A stretch of 50,447 nucleotides of DNA from Thermomonas sp. (lineage in GTDB: Bacteria; Pseudomonadota; Gammaproteobacteria; Xanthomonadales; Xanthomonadaceae). Location of the stretch: assembly GCA_035408605.1 (NCBI GenBank), contig DAOOCX010000002.1, positions 1,294 to 51,740 of the forward strand. The letters run 5' to 3'. Below the pieces are notes generated by a model. That model did no database searches. It was not told where the DNA came from and worked only from the letters and a program-made list of their open reading frames with translations. Made by a program: the position numbers and the translations under genes. Each line of letters opens with the position of its first letter. The stretch's first letter is position 1. Shown one piece after another: positions 49,798 to 50,447 of this stretch.

Positions 49798-50447
49798 TTG
49801 ACCCGAGCCGGTAAGCACGGCAAGCGCCCACGCATCAGGCGCATTACCCCAGAACAGTTCCGCGAGACACGCGAGTTCACCGGCAAGAGCCGAGAGGACG
49901 TTGCGGAGTTCCTCGGTGTCAGCCTTCGCACGGTGGGTCATTGGGAGACCGGCAAGGCACGGGTTCCATACGCGGCTTTCCGGCTGCTCCGGGTCGCTCT
50001 GAGGGGCGACATGCTCGACCCGGCGTGGCAGGGCTACCGCATCGCCCGCGGCCGACTGGTGACGCCTGAGGGCTACGCCTTCGGGCCGGGCGACATGGCA
50101 TGGCTGTCGCTGCTGGTCGCTCGTGCCGGCTTCCAGAGCTTGGTTGCCATTGCGCAGCGAGCGGCCCTGCAAAGCGGGGGCTGCTCGCGTTCAGTTGACG
50201 GGCAGGGCGAGTCAGTGGGAGGGTGGGATTCTCTGGTGCCGTGCGTTGAGGCCGGCGCCAGTTCCGGCAAGAGTCCGGGTTTAGGACTCCCCTCGTCTAA
50301 CAGGGGAGTCAGTGAAACTGAACGGGAAGCCCGCCAAGGGCATGAAACCCGCACCACGACTGCATTTGAGCTTAATTCGGCTCGTTCAGCATCGCCGGTG
50401 CACGTGGGGCCACAATGGGGCCATAATGGGGCCATCCAATCTACGGG
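49780..50447 (+). CDS. XRE-HTH + DUF3653 protein, VC1465/XafT-like Xer recombination activation factor (partial, runs off the window)
   Basis: Hand translation MPTGSRL..FRETREFTGKSREDVAEFLGVSLRTVGHWETGKARVPYAAFRLLRV..DPAWQGYRIARGRLVTPEG..GDMAWLSLLV; no stop before 50447. Confidence 0.78.
   Translation, partial: MPTGSRLTRAGKHGKRPRIRRITPEQFRETREFTGKSREDVAEFLGVSLRTVGHWETGKARVPYAAFRLLRVALRGDMLDPAWQGYRIARGRLVTPEGYAFGPGDMAWLSLLVARAGFQSLVAIAQRAALQSGGCSRSVDGQGESVGGWDSLVPCVEAGASSGKSPGLGLPSSNRGVSETEREARQGHETRTTTAFELNSARSASPVHVGPQWGHNGAIQST
50285..50310 (+). other. Hairpin resembling a rolling-circle double-strand origin
   Basis: GACTCCCCT-CGTCTAAC-AGGGGAGTC, perfect 9-bp stem. Confidence 0.55.
50405..50434 (+). 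repeat. Three TGGGGCCA repeats at 11-bp period
   Basis: Copies at 50405, 50416 and 50427, separated by CAA and TAA. Confidence 0.85.

Larger units (their letters stand above)
49770..50447. mobile_element. Left end of a filamentous-phage or satellite-like element exploiting Xer (IMEX-like)
   Basis: dif-like junction, XafT-like ORF, origin-like hairpin, adjacent truncated host gene, more A/T-ending codons than flanking genes. Confidence 0.68.

Noticed and set aside
48856-50172. 438-aa minus-strand ORF as an intact gene
   Set aside because: Its first ~135 codons are the antisense of the XafT-like ORF; only 48856-49767 resembles GH43, so it is a chance in-frame fusion

Overview
GC-rich Xanthomonadaceae (Lysobacteraceae)-type chromosomal segment, mostly core genes: dnaK end-dnaJ-DUF1631-dapB-carAB-greA-rpfE-like-recJ; an acyltransferase-3 / membrane LytTR / VIT-vWA-TPR module; prfB (programmed frameshift)-lysS; a DSF quorum-sensing cluster (rpfG, rpfC, rpfF, rpfB, acnA/rpfA, no rpfH); an AbrB-PIN pair and acnB; hflD-mnmA-nudJ; clpS-clpA-infA-aat-trxB-ftsK-lolA-rarA-crcB. 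The main surprise is at the right edge. A GH43 glycosidase gene is cut off at a dif-like XerC arm (ATTTCGCATAA, 49770-49780). Its ATG opens an ORF absent from the ORF track, which encodes an HTH + DUF3653 (XafT/VC1465-like) protein and contains a rolling-circle-origin-like hairpin and 11-bp repeats. This looks like the left end of an inovirus or satellite element that exploits Xer. Other leads: TonB-box-like motifs inside the VIT protein, LytTR-type direct repeats, two inverted covarying structured repeats after acnB, and several probable leaderless genes. All calls come from reading the sequence and recalled family motifs; no searches were run.
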